Below are positions 12,680 to 25,479 of a stretch of 64,000 bases of DNA, in pieces. The notes beneath the pieces were generated by a model. That model did no database searches, was not told the DNA's origin, and saw only the letters and a program-made list of their open reading frames with translations. The translations under genes and the position numbers were made by a program. Each line of letters starts with the position of its first letter. The stretch's first letter is position 1. Source of the stretch: Octopus sinensis (lineage: Eukaryota); assembly GCF_006345805.1 (NCBI RefSeq), contig NC_043004.1, positions 15,996,001 through 16,060,000 on the forward strand, in the 5' to 3' direction.

Positions 12680-13460
12680 CTATAAAAGAATAATGTTTTT
12701 GTCCACATAACTTACAGCCTCGTCCAAAACATAGTTCCTCTTTTTAAATGAGAGACATGGGAGAAGTAGATTTATCTTAAGTAACGTCTGGACACGAAAA
12801 GTTCTATGCAGAACAGTTGCAATGTTCTGGGTGCATTTGTGGCAAGTCAAAATGACCGCATAACTGTGCCTATAGAATGTATCTCGTGCAAGTAGAACGC
12901 CAATGACATAAGACTTTATTAATAGCAGTGCTCGATCCAAATGCCTTCCCAAACAGATTTATCAATTCCCGACTGCTCACGTTTGCTATAATTAAGGAGC
13001 AATCTTTTCCTACTAGCTTGACTAAAATCTTAAACACTGTATTTAGATTTATGAGACGAAAATTGTCTCGGCAGGCCTCTTCGTAACCTTGCTCTCTGAG
13101 AAATATTACCAATCACAGCACTAGTAAAATATTTTTCTTGCGTTAGATGCAGTAGAATTTTGCCATATAAACTGTATGAATTTGTAGTGGTATTATATGG
13201 TATATTATACCATATAAACTGGTATAAATTTTGAAGTGAAGACTTACACAACCGCATGATTAGTGTTTTGTAAGAATCCTTGCAGCTTCCAGTACGTGAA
13301 TTATTCCTGTCGGCTTCTCGCAGCTTCCCCCAAGCCGTTTGACAAAAGCATCGAGTGTCCAGGCTCTTGTCTAAAGCACGCGTACACGACATGAGTTGAG
13401 TGAATAATAACAACTCATTTGCTGACGCATCACTGATTATCTGTGCTATTACTCTCTCCA
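12680..13460 (-). mobile_element. L1/Tx1-clade RT remnant
   Basis: ORF 12870-13112 has DNFRLINLNTVFKILVKLVGK (cf. NWRPISLLNTDYKILAK). Confidence 0.55.
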
Positions 13461-14395
13461 TTTAACTGCTGAAATCGAGATTTATCTTGTGTCCAAAATT
13501 AAAATTGGCTCCGGTAGATACTTATGAAATCTGAACACCAACCAGCAGTAGAATTGTTCCAAAAGTTTAAAAAGAAAACGTTAGCGGAAGTGTATCGTCA
13601 GTAGAAACTAAAGAGAAACTAATTTGAATGAGTCAAATCGGATGAGATCGTGTGTAAAGCAATATTTTTTTTATAATTCTCATTCTATTCCATCAGATCG
13701 ACACACATACATACAATATATATACATTTAGCCATGTGTATATGTATATATATAAATTTTTTATCTAGGTTTATAAATACACACACACACACATACACAC
13801 ACACATATATATATACATATATATATATATGTGTGTGTATATATAACATACTTACAATCATACATATGTACGTGCACATATATTTGTTCATTAGTATTTG
13901 CGTTGATTTATTGGCAGTGAGGAGAGTGAACTTAGCGAGATGTATAATTAAGTATCGCGTTTATAGGTGTGTGTATATAGCTTTTGAGCGTCATACATAT
14001 AGTTTATTTGAAACATTATATTCGTTAATGATTAGGTAGTATATTCTATTTAATTTTCTGAATGTTTTGAAATTCTAATTAAAATTTGTTAAATGTATGA
14101 GTGCAATTCATTAGATGTACCTAAGCTACAAACATTATTGTGAAAACATTTATATTAACGCTATTGTCCGTAATTAGCTTAAAATACAATATAATGAGAA
14201 AAGGTTGTGAGTAAGAATATACTGCCATGCATTAATAACCTGTTTTCAATTATTAAAAATAATAATTGTCATTGTTGTTAAACTATTCAATTCATATTCC
14301 ATTGCATGTGTATAATTGAAAGGTAAGATTAATATTTCAAGTTTTGTTGATATATTTCTAATACATACCTAATGGGAATTTCCTGCAATACCATG

Positions 14396-14433
14396 TATTA
14401 TTATTATTATTATCACTATTATTATTATTATTA

Positions 14434-14467
<34 letters not shown>

Positions 14468-14512
14468 ATCATGATCATGATCATCATCATCATCATCATC
14501 ATTATTACTATT
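14396..14512. repeat. (TAT)n/(CAT)n microsatellite
   Basis: Visible trinucleotide arrays. Confidence 0.9.
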
Positions 14513-14884
14513 ATTCAAGTTGACTTGTATGAGTTTATGATTCATGAATTTGCTGAATCGTTAATTCACCAGAGAAACTACTGTGCATTATATAATGCTG
14601 CACCTTCACGTTTTGAGTTCAAATCTTTCCGCGTTGTCTTTGTCTCTTTTTTCTTTCTCAGGTCAGTAAAATAAAATTCCAATCACTTACTAAGCTCGAT
14701 ATAATCGGTTTACGCCTCACACAAGATGTTATGCTTTATGCCTGTGCTAGAAACTATTCTTATAACTGATGCATACAGACGGTCCCACATCGACTGTACT
14801 TGATAGAGAACAGTTTTATTTTTTCATGAAACAAAAACATAATTACAATGAATTTTAAACTATCTATATTGGACAATTTATTAT

Positions 14885-15140
14885 TATATGTTCCTTCTCG
14901 AGCTACGCCTGGCTCTTAAGGGCCAGTTTCCCGGTTTCCTTGCCGTATAGGTTCCCCACCTGGACGGGACGCCGGTGAGCTGCAAGATGCAGGAGGAAAG
15001 ATTAAGAGAAAGTTGTGACGACTTTCTGTCGGAGCCGTGTGGAGCTTAGGTGTTTCGCGCATAAACACACACACACATCGCCCGGTCTGAAATTCGAACC
15101 CGCGAGTCAGCTGCTCTAACCACTAGGCCAATTGCCTCCA
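14885..15140 (-). mobile_element. SINE family C copy (tRNA-derived head)
   Basis: Minus strand starts gtggaggcaattggcctagtggttagagcag...ggttcgaatt (A and B boxes); homologous to 29885-30180. Confidence 0.8.
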
Positions 15141-15534
15141 CATATTGGTCAATAGTACTAAAACAATAAAATGGTATGGATGTAACTTGAATTGAATAGA
15201 ATAAAGCGTATGAGATGTGTATCATTTGTGTCAAATGGTGTATCATTTCGAAACTTAATATGTTGTTTTCTATTGTTTTTATAATATACTAATGCAATGT
15301 AATAAAATTGTAGTTTGGAAAATTAAATGTTTTTCCTATAACTTGTTAAATTATGAAATACCATATTACAGTACAACGAAAATATTTTGTGCGAAATATT
15401 TTACTTTATATATTCATTGATTTCGTTCTGTATCAATTAATTACTAAATACAGCACATTGAATTGAGTCTATATGCAATACAGGATGTCAGGTTTATGTA
15501 ACATGTCAATATGCTTATAATATTGATTGTCACC

Positions 15535-15922
15535 AAAGGCAAAACCGTGTAAAATGCGTAGTGGCATTTCGTCCATCTATGCGGTCTGAGTTCAAATTCT
15601 GTCGAAGTCAATTAAAAATAAGTACTAGTTGAGCAAGGGTGGTCGGTATAATAAATATATCCCGGCCCCCGAACATACTGGACTAGAGCATAAATTTGAA
15701 ACCAAAATTAAATGTCACCAAAGACGGGGATCAGGCAGAAGAGGGGGAAACACTTAGAGGCATTTCGTCCGACTCTACGATCACATTTGAAATACTGCCG
15801 AGGTCGACTTTGCCATTCATCATTCCGAGGTTGACAAAATAAATACTAGTTGAGAACTGGGATCGATGTAATCGCTCATTTTCCTCCCCCAAACTTGCTG
15901 GCGTGTGCCAAAATTTGAAACA
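15535..15922 (+). mobile_element. Two adjacent degenerate SINE A copies
   Basis: ctgagttcaaattctgtcgaagtcaa... and gccgaggtcgactttgcc...cgtgtgccaaaatttgaaac. Confidence 0.7.
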
Positions 15923-16089
15923 AATATTACATGTCTCCAAAATGTGACAAATTGTCAGGGGTATTATTATTTCAAATAGACTGGCTTGTCATTGCCTGAA
16001 CTAAATACAATTATTACAATCCTCCACATATTTGAAACATCATATAACCTATAATTTACTCTGTAATTTCTAACAACGCATTAAAACTT

Positions 16090-16130
16090 GCTACTGATGA
16101 TGCGGTAAGACGTAGAAACCTGAATATAGC
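16090..16130 (+). ncRNA. Type I hammerhead motif (canonical core, imperfect stem III)
   Basis: GCTA-CTGATGA-TGCG GTAAGA CGTA-GAAAC-CTGA-ATA-TAGC; stem I GCTA/TAGC, stem II TGCG/CGTA. Confidence 0.65.
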
Positions 16131-16290
16131 CATTCCGAAGCCGTTGATGCGTGTGCCTCGTATTGATACACTTATGTGCCTTTAAATACTATAAAACTAC
16201 AGGAGATGCTTTCCCAAGCCGAATATTTCTGTTTTGTGATTTTCTGCAGTCTATCCACTTTACAGAACGCAATACACACTTTCACTCGTA

Positions 16291-16618
16291 TCTGATATAT
16301 AAATGACAATTTCTGTCTGTCTGTTACTATCATAGTCCCTAAATCAGCGAACCAATATTCAAGAAACTTTGCGTACCTGTTACACTAATATCCAGTTCAA
16401 TAATAGGATAAGTGGATTTCAAGAAAAGTCTATAAAGTTCCACCGAGTGGAGTTTGGCGAATTATATGATAAAATGAGTAGGGTGAAAAAAGTATAAGTC
16501 TGAGAGAAACGCACGGAACACGAGAAGAGCGTTATATAAGCGTCAAATGTTGAATAGTAATGGAATGTAAGGTTAATACAGCTATCATATACAGGGAACG
16601 CTGCATATATACTTTTGT
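16291..16618 (+). mobile_element. Old non-autonomous Helitron-like element
   Basis: Starts A|TCTGATATATAAA, (TCTG)n, caagaaactttg core; degenerate 3' hairpin cagggaacgctgc without intact CTAG. Confidence 0.45.
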
Positions 16619-16774
16619 AAATATATAGATACAACATACAGACACAAGCACACACTCACACAGAAACTTGGCTGTGAGGAATACGTAGTTTTAAGGAGAG
16701 AGGGTTAGATGACTTTTTCTGGTGTCCATCACACAGAAATACTCAGACACAGAAACACATATACATATATATAC

Positions 16775-16865
16775 ATAAGTACATACATACATACGTACAT
16801 ATATACATGCATACATACATACATACATACATACATACATACATACATACATACATTCATACATG
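16775..16865. repeat. (TACA)n microsatellite
   Basis: Visible tetranucleotide array. Confidence 0.9.
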
Positions 16866-17175
16866 TCTTCTATACACCACTTTTAAACTCGTGATTGCCT
16901 CTGTTTGCATGTTCGAAAATATGTGTGTGTATATGCATTCGTGTTAGTGTTTGTGTGTATGTGTTTCGTATATGTGTGTGTGTCATGTTCTATAACTCTC
17001 TCTCTCTCTCTCTCTCTACTTTTGTAGGGTCTTCTCTGTTGCAGTCACATATTGCGAGATTTTGAAATTAGGTCTAAATTTTAAAATGTTGTGTATCGAA
17101 ATAATTTTCCACGTTAAATCCGATTTTGTTATTTACTAGCAGTATCGCCCGGCGTTGCTCGGATTTGTAAGGGAA

Positions 17176-19948
17176 GATCTCTTTCGGCACCATCTTTGAT
17201 CTTTTTCGGCACACTCTTTGATCTCTGTCGACACCCCCTTTGATATCTGTCGACACCCCTCTTTGATCTCTGTCGGCACCACCTTTGATCTCTGTCGGCA
17301 CCCCTCTTTGATCTCTGTCGGCACCCCTCTTTGTCCTATGTCGGCATCCCCTTTGATCTCTGTCGGTACCTCCTTTGATCTCTGTCGGCACACCTCTTTG
17401 ATCTCTTTCGGCAACACTTTGGTCTCTCTCGGCACACCACTTTGATCTCTGTCGGCACCCCTCATTGATCTCTGTCGGCACCCCCCTTTGATCTCTGTCG
17501 GCACCCCATTGATCTCTGTCGGCACCCTCTTTGATCCTTGTCCGCACCCTTCTTTGATCTCTATCGGCACCCCTCTTTGATCTCTTTCGGCTCCCCTCTT
17601 TGATCTCTGTCGGCACTCCCTTTGATCTCTGTCGGCACCCCCTTTGATCTCTGTGCATCCCTCTTTGATCTCTGTACACCCCCTTTGATCTCTGTCGGCA
17701 CCCGTCTTTGAACTCTGTCGGCACCCCTCTTTGATCTCTGTCGGCACCCCTTTGATCTCTGTCGGCACCCCTCTTTGATCTCTGTCGGCACCCCATTGAT
17801 CTCTTTTATATCTTTCGGCACCCTTTTTGATCTCTGTCGGCACCCTCTTTGATCTCTGTCGGCACCCCCTTTGATCTCTGTCGGCACCCCTCTTTGATCT
17901 CTGTCGGCACCCTCTTTGGTCTCTGTCGGCAGTCCCTTTGATCTCTGTGCATCCCTCTTTGATCTATGTCGGCACCCCTCTTTGATCTCTGTCGGCACCC
18001 CTCTTTGATCTCTGTCGGCACCCCCTTTGATCACTGTCGGCACCCCCATTTGATTTCTGTCGGCACCCCATTGATCTCTGTCGGCACCCTTTTTTGATCT
18101 CTTTCGGCACCCTCTTTGATCTCTGTCGGCACCCCCTTTGATCTCTGTCGGCAGTCCCTTTGATCTCTGTGCATCCCTCGTTGATCTCTATCGGCACCCC
18201 TCTTTGATCTCTGTCGGCACCCCTCTTTGATCTCTGTCGGCACCCTTCTTTGATATCTGTCGGCACCCCTCTTTGATCTCTGTCGGCACCCCTCTTTGAT
18301 CTCTTTTATATCTTTCGGCACACTTTTTGATCTCTGGCGACACCCCCTTTGATCTCTATCAGCACCCCTCTTTGATCTCTGTCGGCACCCTTCTTTGATC
18401 TTTGTCGGCACCCTCTTTGGTCTCTGTCGGCACCCCCTTTGATCTCTGTCGGCACCCCTCTTTGATCCCTGTCGGCACCCTCTTTGGTCTCTGTCGGCAC
18501 CCCCTTTGATCTCTGTCGGCACCCCCTTTGATCTCTGTCGCAACCCTCTTTGATTTCTGTCGGCATCCCCATTGATCTCTGTCGGCACCCTCTTTGATCT
18601 CTCTCGGCACTCTCTTTGATCTCTGTCGGCACCCCTTTGATCTCTGTCGGCACCCCTCTTTGATCTCTGTCGGCACCCCTCTTTGATCTCTGTCGGCACG
18701 CCTCTTTGATCTCTGTCGGTACCCCTCTTTGATCTCTGTCGGCACCCTCTTTTATCTCTGTAGGTACCCATCTTTGGTATCTCTCGGCACCCCTCTTTGA
18801 TCTCTGGCGGCACCCCCTTTGATCTCTATCAGCACCCCTCTTTGATCTCTGTCGGCACCCTCTTTGGTTTCTGTCGGCACCCCCTTTGATCTCTGTCGGC
18901 ACCCCTTTGCTCTCTGTCGGCACCCCTCTTTGATCTCTGTCGGCACCCCCTTTGATCTCTGTCGGCACTCCCTTTCATCTCTGTGCATCCCTCTTTGATC
19001 TCTGTCGGCACCCCTCTTTGATCTCTGTCGGCACCCTCTTTGATTGCTGTCGGCACCCCTCTTTGATCTCTGTCGGCACCCCCTTTGATCTCTGTGCATC
19101 CCTTTTGATCTCTGTCGGCACCTCTCTTTGATCTCTGTCGGCTCGCCTCTTTTGATCTCTGTCGGCACCCCACTTTGATCTCTGTCGGCACCCCTCTTTG
19201 ACCTCTGTCGGCACCCTCTTTGATTCCTGTCGGCACCCCTCTTTGATCTCTGTCGTCACCCCTCTTTGATCTCTGTCGGCACCCTCTTTGATTGCTGTCG
19301 GCACCCCTCTTTGATCTCTGTCGGCACCCCCTTTGATCTCTGTCGGCACCCCTCTTTGATCTCTGTCGACACCCCTCTTTGATCTCTGTCGGCACCGCCT
19401 TTGATCTTTGTCAGCACCCCTCTTTGATCTCTGTCGGCACCCACTTTGATCTCTGTCCGCACCCTTTTTAACCTCTGTCAGCACCCCTCTTTGATCTCTG
19501 TCGGCACCCCCTTTGATCTCTGTCGGCACCCCTCTTTGATTTCTGTCGGGACCTCCTTTGATCTCTGTCGGCACCCCTCTTTGATCTCTGTCGGCACCCC
19601 TTTGATCTCTGTCGGCACCCTCTTTGATCCCTGTCGGCACCCCCTTCGATCTCTGTCGACACCTTCTTTGATCTCTGTCGGCACCCCTCTTTCATCTCTG
19701 TCGGTACCCCTCTTTGATCTCTGTCGACACCCCTCTTTCATCTCTGTCGGCACCCCTCTTTCATCTCTGTCGGCACCCCTTTGATCTCTGTCGGCACCCT
19801 CTTTCATCTCTGTCGGCACCCCCTTCTATCTCTGTCGACACCTTCTTTGATCTCTGTCGGCACCCCTCTTTCATCTCTGTTGGTACCCCTCTTTGATCTC
19901 TGTCGGCACCCCTCTTTCATCCCTGTCGGCACCCCTCTTTGATCTCTG
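17176..19948. repeat. GC-rich minisatellite, unit about 20-23 bp (CTTTGATCTCTGTCGGCACCC[CT]), roughly 125-135 copies
   Basis: Directly visible; all PTEIKG/ADRDQRG/CRQRSK ORFs are its translations; copy number estimated as length/period. Confidence 0.97.
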
Positions 19949-20112
19949 AGGCCTTGAATGGTGTAAAGTAATCTTGTTATCAGATCTGACGTTCATCAAA
20001 ACATTTTATTAATGAAATATTATAACCTAAGCAATGGGATACATTACCGTAAATACATTTATTTATGCACATACACACACTGCGAAATTGGGAGAGAATA
20101 TATATATATAAT

Positions 20113-20510
20113 GGCGCAGGAGTGGCTGTGTGGTAAGTAGCTTGCTAACCAACCACATGGTTCCGGGTTCAGTCCCACTGCGTGACATCTTGGGCAAGTG
20201 TCTTCTACTATAGCCCCGGGCCGACCAATGACTTGTGAGTGGATTTGGTAGACGGAAATTGAAAGAAGCCTGTCGTATATATGTATGTGTATATATGTAT
20301 ATGTGTGTGTTTGTGTGTCTGTGTTTGTCCCCCTAGCATTGCTTGACAACCGATGCTGGTGTGGTTACGTCCCCGTTACTTAGCGGTTCGTCAAAAGAGA
20401 CCGATAGAATAAGTACTGGGCTTACAAAGAATAAGTCCTGGGGTCGATTTGCTCGACTAAAGGCGGTGCTCCAGCATGGCCGCAGTCAAATGACTGAAAC
20501 AAGAAGAAGA
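20113..20510 (+). mobile_element. SINE family B, near full length
   Basis: ggcgcaggagtggctgtgtggtaagtagcttgc...gttccgggttcagtccc...central (TA)(TG) tract...gactaaaggcggtgctccagcatggccgcagtc. Confidence 0.92.
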
Positions 20511-20857
20511 ATGTAAGCATTTTCAGAGAGTTATAGCCAACAAATTGCAAAAAAATGCATTAAAATTGGAAAAAAAATTATCGTAATTTTTTTTTAAATC
20601 GTTGACTCATCGTAGACATTTTTAGAGAGTTACTTCCCTTATATAATAGCGAAAAAAATGCATTAAAATGGAAAAACATGATGGTAATTTTTTTTAATCG
20701 TAGACTCATCGTAGACGCGCGCTAATACCCGGAAGGGCTCGAAATGAATCACGACTATAAGATACCCGCTTTTGGTTACACTGCACCGCAAAATGTGGGA
20801 GTAGTTAGGAATCTAAATCGTAGGAGACAGACACACAACTTCACTTTTATATATAAA

Positions 20858-21210
20858 CTAGCAGTATCACCCGGCGTTCCTCAGGTTTGTAAGGGAAATA
20901 ACTATAAAGCATTTTTAGCCAAAAAATAACAAAAAAATGGAAAAAAATGGAAAAAAAGGTGGAGTTGCGTCCCCTAGACAGTTTGCGGTTTGTGTTTCTG
21001 ATTCTCGACCCCATGTCGAATTTATCGATTTTTTTCAGAACTGGGGGAACTTTTCAAAATTTTCGCTGCGTTAGTTTTGAATTATGACATTGGGCTATGT
21101 GTGTGTCAAGTTTCATCAGAATCGGTTGAAAGCCGTGGTCAGGGTGAGGGTACAAGCAAACAGACACACAGAAACACGCACAGACAAACTGCCGTTTATA
21201 TAGAGAGAGA
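20858..21210 (-). mobile_element. Non-autonomous Helitron copy 2
   Basis: Minus strand A|TCTCTCTCTATATAAAC ... cgccgggtgatactgCTAG; abuts copy 1 head-to-tail; different internal half. Confidence 0.82.
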
Positions 21211-21998
21211 TTTGTTCCAGAAAACTTGCAGAAATATGTTACTCAGGTTTAAATTTTAATCAATTATACCTAATCATAAAACAGGATTTGGAAGCTAACA
21301 TTTTCTACATGATAGCTACATGATACCTGGTATATTCTGCATGATAGCTATCTATCACAAAATGATAGCATAGGAGGAGAAATTCTTATTAAACAACAAA
21401 GGCAAAGCTTTACGATGAGCAAATTTGGAAGATATTCTGAAGTTTTAATGAATAAAGTTATGTGAAACGGTCCAACAGACATGTAAATAATTGTAAAAAG
21501 AAACAAAATCCTCAATGAATTTTTTTAATGAAATGGTTTATCCTGTGATGGTGATGATGATAATGATGATTATGTTGATAGTGGTGGTTGTAGTGGTGAT
21601 CGTCGTCGTGTTCGTGTTGATGGTCGTGGTGATAGTAAGGTCTCGGTGATGATGATGCTGACGATGATAATGCTTATGATGATAAAAAGAAGATGAAGAA
21701 ATAACAACAGCGATGACGAAAACAGCAGAAGAATTATAGCCGAGGATACATATAACAGCTGACGAAGCATTACCCGCACAATCACGATGAGAATGAATTT
21801 CACAGTGTTAGTACTGTAACACTATATAATCGATATCCTGTGAAAATATAAATTCCGAAAGAAACCCTGTCTCTGACAGCTACTTCCTAACAACAACAAT
21901 ATAACTAGACGGTTTGAACAAAGGCAACCATATTGAAATGCTACATTACTATTACACGAGAACACTGCATCCAAAACATATGAGCGTTATAACATTAT

Positions 21999-22403
21999 AT
22001 TCTTTTACTCTTTTACTTGTTTCAGTCATTTGACTATGGCCATGCTGGAGCACCGCCTTTAGTCGAGAAAATCGACCCTATGACTTATTCTTTGGAAGCA
22101 TAGTACTTATTCTATCGGTTTATTTTGCCGAACCACTAGATAACGAGGATGTAAACACACCACCATCAGTTGTCAAGCGATGTTGGGGGGACAAGCACAG
22201 ACACGCAAACATACACATACACATACATATATATATACACATATATACGACAGGCTTCTTTCAGTTTCCGTCTACCAAATCTAGTCATAAGGCTTTGGTC
22301 GGCTATAGTAAAAGACACTTGCCCAAGGTGCCACGCAGTGGAAATTAACCCGGAACCATGTGGTTGGTAAGCAAGCTACTTACCACACAGCCACTCCTAC
22401 GCC
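21999..22403 (-). mobile_element. SINE family B copy
   Basis: Reverse complement of 20113-20510 consensus. Confidence 0.9.
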
Positions 22404-22500
22404 TAATGTGTAAATTCTGCAAAATATATAATGAAATATTTAAGAAAGATTTAAATGCGAATGGACATTGGTAGTTCAGGCAATTATAACAAGGAATATA

Positions 22501-22731
22501 GGCGGTGAGCTGGCAGAAACTTTAGCACGCCGGGCGAAATGCGTAGCCGTATTTCGTCCGCCGTTACGTTCTGAGTTCAAATTCCGCCGAGGTCGACTTT
22601 GCCTTTCATCCTTTCGGGGTCGATAAATAAAGTACCAGTTACGCACTGGGGTCGATGTAATCGACTTAATCCCTTTGTCTGTCCTTGTTTGTCCCCTCTA
22701 TGTTTAGCCCTTTGTGGGCAGTAAAGAAATA
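22501..22731 (+). mobile_element. SINE family A copy with 13-bp target site duplication
   Basis: Near-consensus copy; TATAACAAGGAAT at 22485-22497 and 22732-22744. Confidence 0.93.
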
Positions 22732-23267
22732 TATAACAAGGAATGACTTGATTTTGGACGTTGAAAAACATCACGTATAGAAAATGCACAGTGTAAAGAA
22801 ACAAAAATTCCCACCAAACGCGAACGTATCGTAACAGATATCGACCACATACAAAATACAAAGCGTCATAGAGGAAAAGAGAACACAGTGAAAATAAAAT
22901 ATCATCCATCAAGAAAGAAATAAGAAAAACATGATAATACGTCGAAAACACGGAATGTATCGAAGTCTTAAATCATGAAAAACACAAAAAAACATAGAGG
23001 TGTCTCCATGGAAACATTTAACAAAATGAACAGCTATAGCAATAACATATACAAAACAACACATTAGCGAACGGATTGTACATGAGAACAGATGTATATG
23101 AGTTATTATTCAGGAGGATCTAACACAACATAGAAGGAAAAAATGCCAGCGTAGCCAATGAATGCAAACCAAGTGTCCAAGCAATACAGAAACATTTAGA
23201 TAGATAAAAGGTACTTCGGTTCAGCAGAAATTTTGCCAACAGAAACAATCTCCTGAAATATTCTTTT

Positions 23268-23452
23268 CTACTCTAAGTACAAGGCACGAAATTTTGTTGG
23301 AGGACGGGTACAGTGGATTAGATCGAATCCAGTACGTAACTGGTATTTGATTTATCGGCCTCGAAAGGATGAAAGTCAAATTCGACCTCGGTGGAATTTG
23401 AACTCAGAACATAAAGACAGACGTGCTAACGTTTCTGCCAGCTCACCGCTTT
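23268..23452 (-). mobile_element. SINE family A copy (tail type 2, internal deletion)
   Basis: gacctcggtggaatttgaactcagaac...gtttctgccagctcaccgc. Confidence 0.85.
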
Positions 23453-23465
23453 AACCGCCTGAAAT

Positions 23466-24044
23466 ATTCTTTCTATTCTAGGCACAAGGCCCGAAACTTT
23501 TGGAGAGGCGGTGACAGTCAATTAGATTGACTTCATTATGCAACTGATACTTAATTTATCGAAAGGATGAAAGGCAAAGTCGACCTCAGAGGTATTTGAA
23601 CTCAGAACGTTAAGACAGACGAAATACCTATTTCATTATTGCCCACAAGGGGCTAAACATAGAGGGGACAAACAAGTTCAGACAAAGGAATTAAGTCGAT
23701 TATATCGATCCCAGAACGTAACTGGTACTTAATTTATCGACCCTGAAAGGATTAAAGGCAAAGTCGACCTCGGCAGAATTTGAACTCAGAACGTAACTCA
23801 GACGAAATACCTATTTCTTTACTACCCACAAGAGGCTAAACACAGAGGGGACAAACAAGGACGGACAAACGGATTAAGTCGATTATATCGACTCCAGTGC
23901 ATAACTGGTACTTATTTAATCGACCCCGAAAGGATGAAAGGCAAAGTCTACCTCGGCGGAATTGGAACACAGAACGTAGCGGCAGACTAAACACCGCTAA
24001 GTATTTCGCCCGGCGTGTTAACGTTTCTGCCGGCTCACCGCCTT
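23466..24044 (-). mobile_element. SINE family A trimer (one head, three bodies)
   Basis: gacgaaatacctatttc junction at about 23618 and 23801 (183-bp period); head at 23985-24044. Confidence 0.88.
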
Positions 24045-24544
24045 AGCATTATCAATAATTGTGACACTCTTTTTCCCACGTCGGAACAGAAAATTCTTTC
24101 TATGATGAAATATGAAAAGGTTCCATAGTTTCTGCTATAGCATGTTTTAAAATCTATCAAATATGTTTTGACTGTCTCCATTATGCATTTGTAATCATTA
24201 TATGCATATCTTTTCTTTCTTCCCTACCTCGATCGGTTCCCACATTTCTTTCTCTCACATTCTGCCTCTCCACCTTTCTCTTTTTATACATATTTATGGG
24301 AACGAGCGCGTGTGTGTAAATTATTTCTTATAAAGATAAGGTTCGTATGGTGCTAATTTGCATTTTCTGCAACATGTGATAGAGCTGTGCATCCAAGATC
24401 GCTATTAGCTTCCTTTGCATAAGTCGCAAATATCCACAATGACAAAACGTGGGTAGGGAACAAAGGGTATGAACTGCATTTAGTTCTAATGATATTACAT
24501 TCTCACTGTCTTTCTGTCTCTGTTTTAAGTACATTTTTATGTGT

Positions 24545-24806
24545 ACACGCACATACATACATACATGCATACATACATACATACATGCATGCATGCATAT
24601 ATACATACATATATACATACATACATACACACACACATACATACGTACATACATGCATGCATGCATATATACATACATATATACATACATTCATACATAC
24701 ATATATACATACATACATACATACATACATATACCTATATATCTAAACATCTATATATTTATCTATCTATCTATCTATCTATCTGTCTGTCTGTCTGTCT
24801 GTCTGT
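24545..24806. repeat. (TACA)n, (TCTA)n, (TCTG)n microsatellites
   Basis: Visible arrays; source of MYVC/HTYI ORFs. Confidence 0.95.
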
Positions 24807-24865
24807 ATATATGCACAGAAACACATACAGGTATCCCCACGCGCACACGTAATAAACATATATAT

Positions 24866-25265
24866 ATTCTTTTATTCTTTTACTTGTTTCATTCATTTGA
24901 CTGCGGCCATGCTGGACCGCCACCTTTAGTCGAGCAAATCGACCCCAGGACTAATTCTTTGTAAGCCTAGTACTTATTTTATCCGTTTTTCATGCCGAAC
25001 TTCTAAGTGATGCGGACGTAAACACACCAGAATCGGTTGTCAAGCGATGTTGGGAGGAACAAACACAGACACATATACATGCATATATATATATATGCAT
25101 AAACGACAAGCTTCTTTCAGTTTCCGTCGACCAAATCCACTCACAAGGCTTTGGTTGGTCCGTAGCTATAGTAGAAGACACTTTCCCAAGGTGCCACTCA
25201 GTTGGACTGAACTCAGAACAACGTGCTTCGTAACCAAACTACTGACCACACAACCACTCTTCGCC
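24866..25265 (-). mobile_element. SINE family B copy
   Basis: Reverse complement of family B consensus. Confidence 0.88.
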
Positions 25266-25267
25266 TA

Positions 25268-25334
<67 letters not shown>

Positions 25335-25479
25335 TACACACATACTTACGATTTGTACACATCTATGTCGAAATTGTGTCCGCTGATAATCATTGAATAC
25401 TGTGAAAATATATGACCTCCGTTAGAAATGGATATTACAGAATATTAAAAAAATCTGTTCAATTGCATGGCTGATGCTA

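Larger units (their letters stand above)
17136..20857 (-). mobile_element. Non-autonomous Helitron copy 1, split by a 3.3-kb insert (17176-20510)
   Basis: Minus strand ends ...ccgagcaacgccgggcgatactgCTAG|T (hairpin + CTAG); body 20511-20857 continues the sequence that follows gtaagggaa in copy 2. Confidence 0.8.

Noticed and set aside
17074-19896. Many long overlapping ORFs (PTEIKG, ADRDQRG, CRQRSK repeats) as a repetitive protein gene
   Set aside because: All frames are open because the minisatellite unit lacks stops; variable 20-23-bp units shift frame constantly.
17176-19948. CRISPR array
   Set aside because: Units are contiguous with no unique spacers, no cas genes, and the context is eukaryotic.
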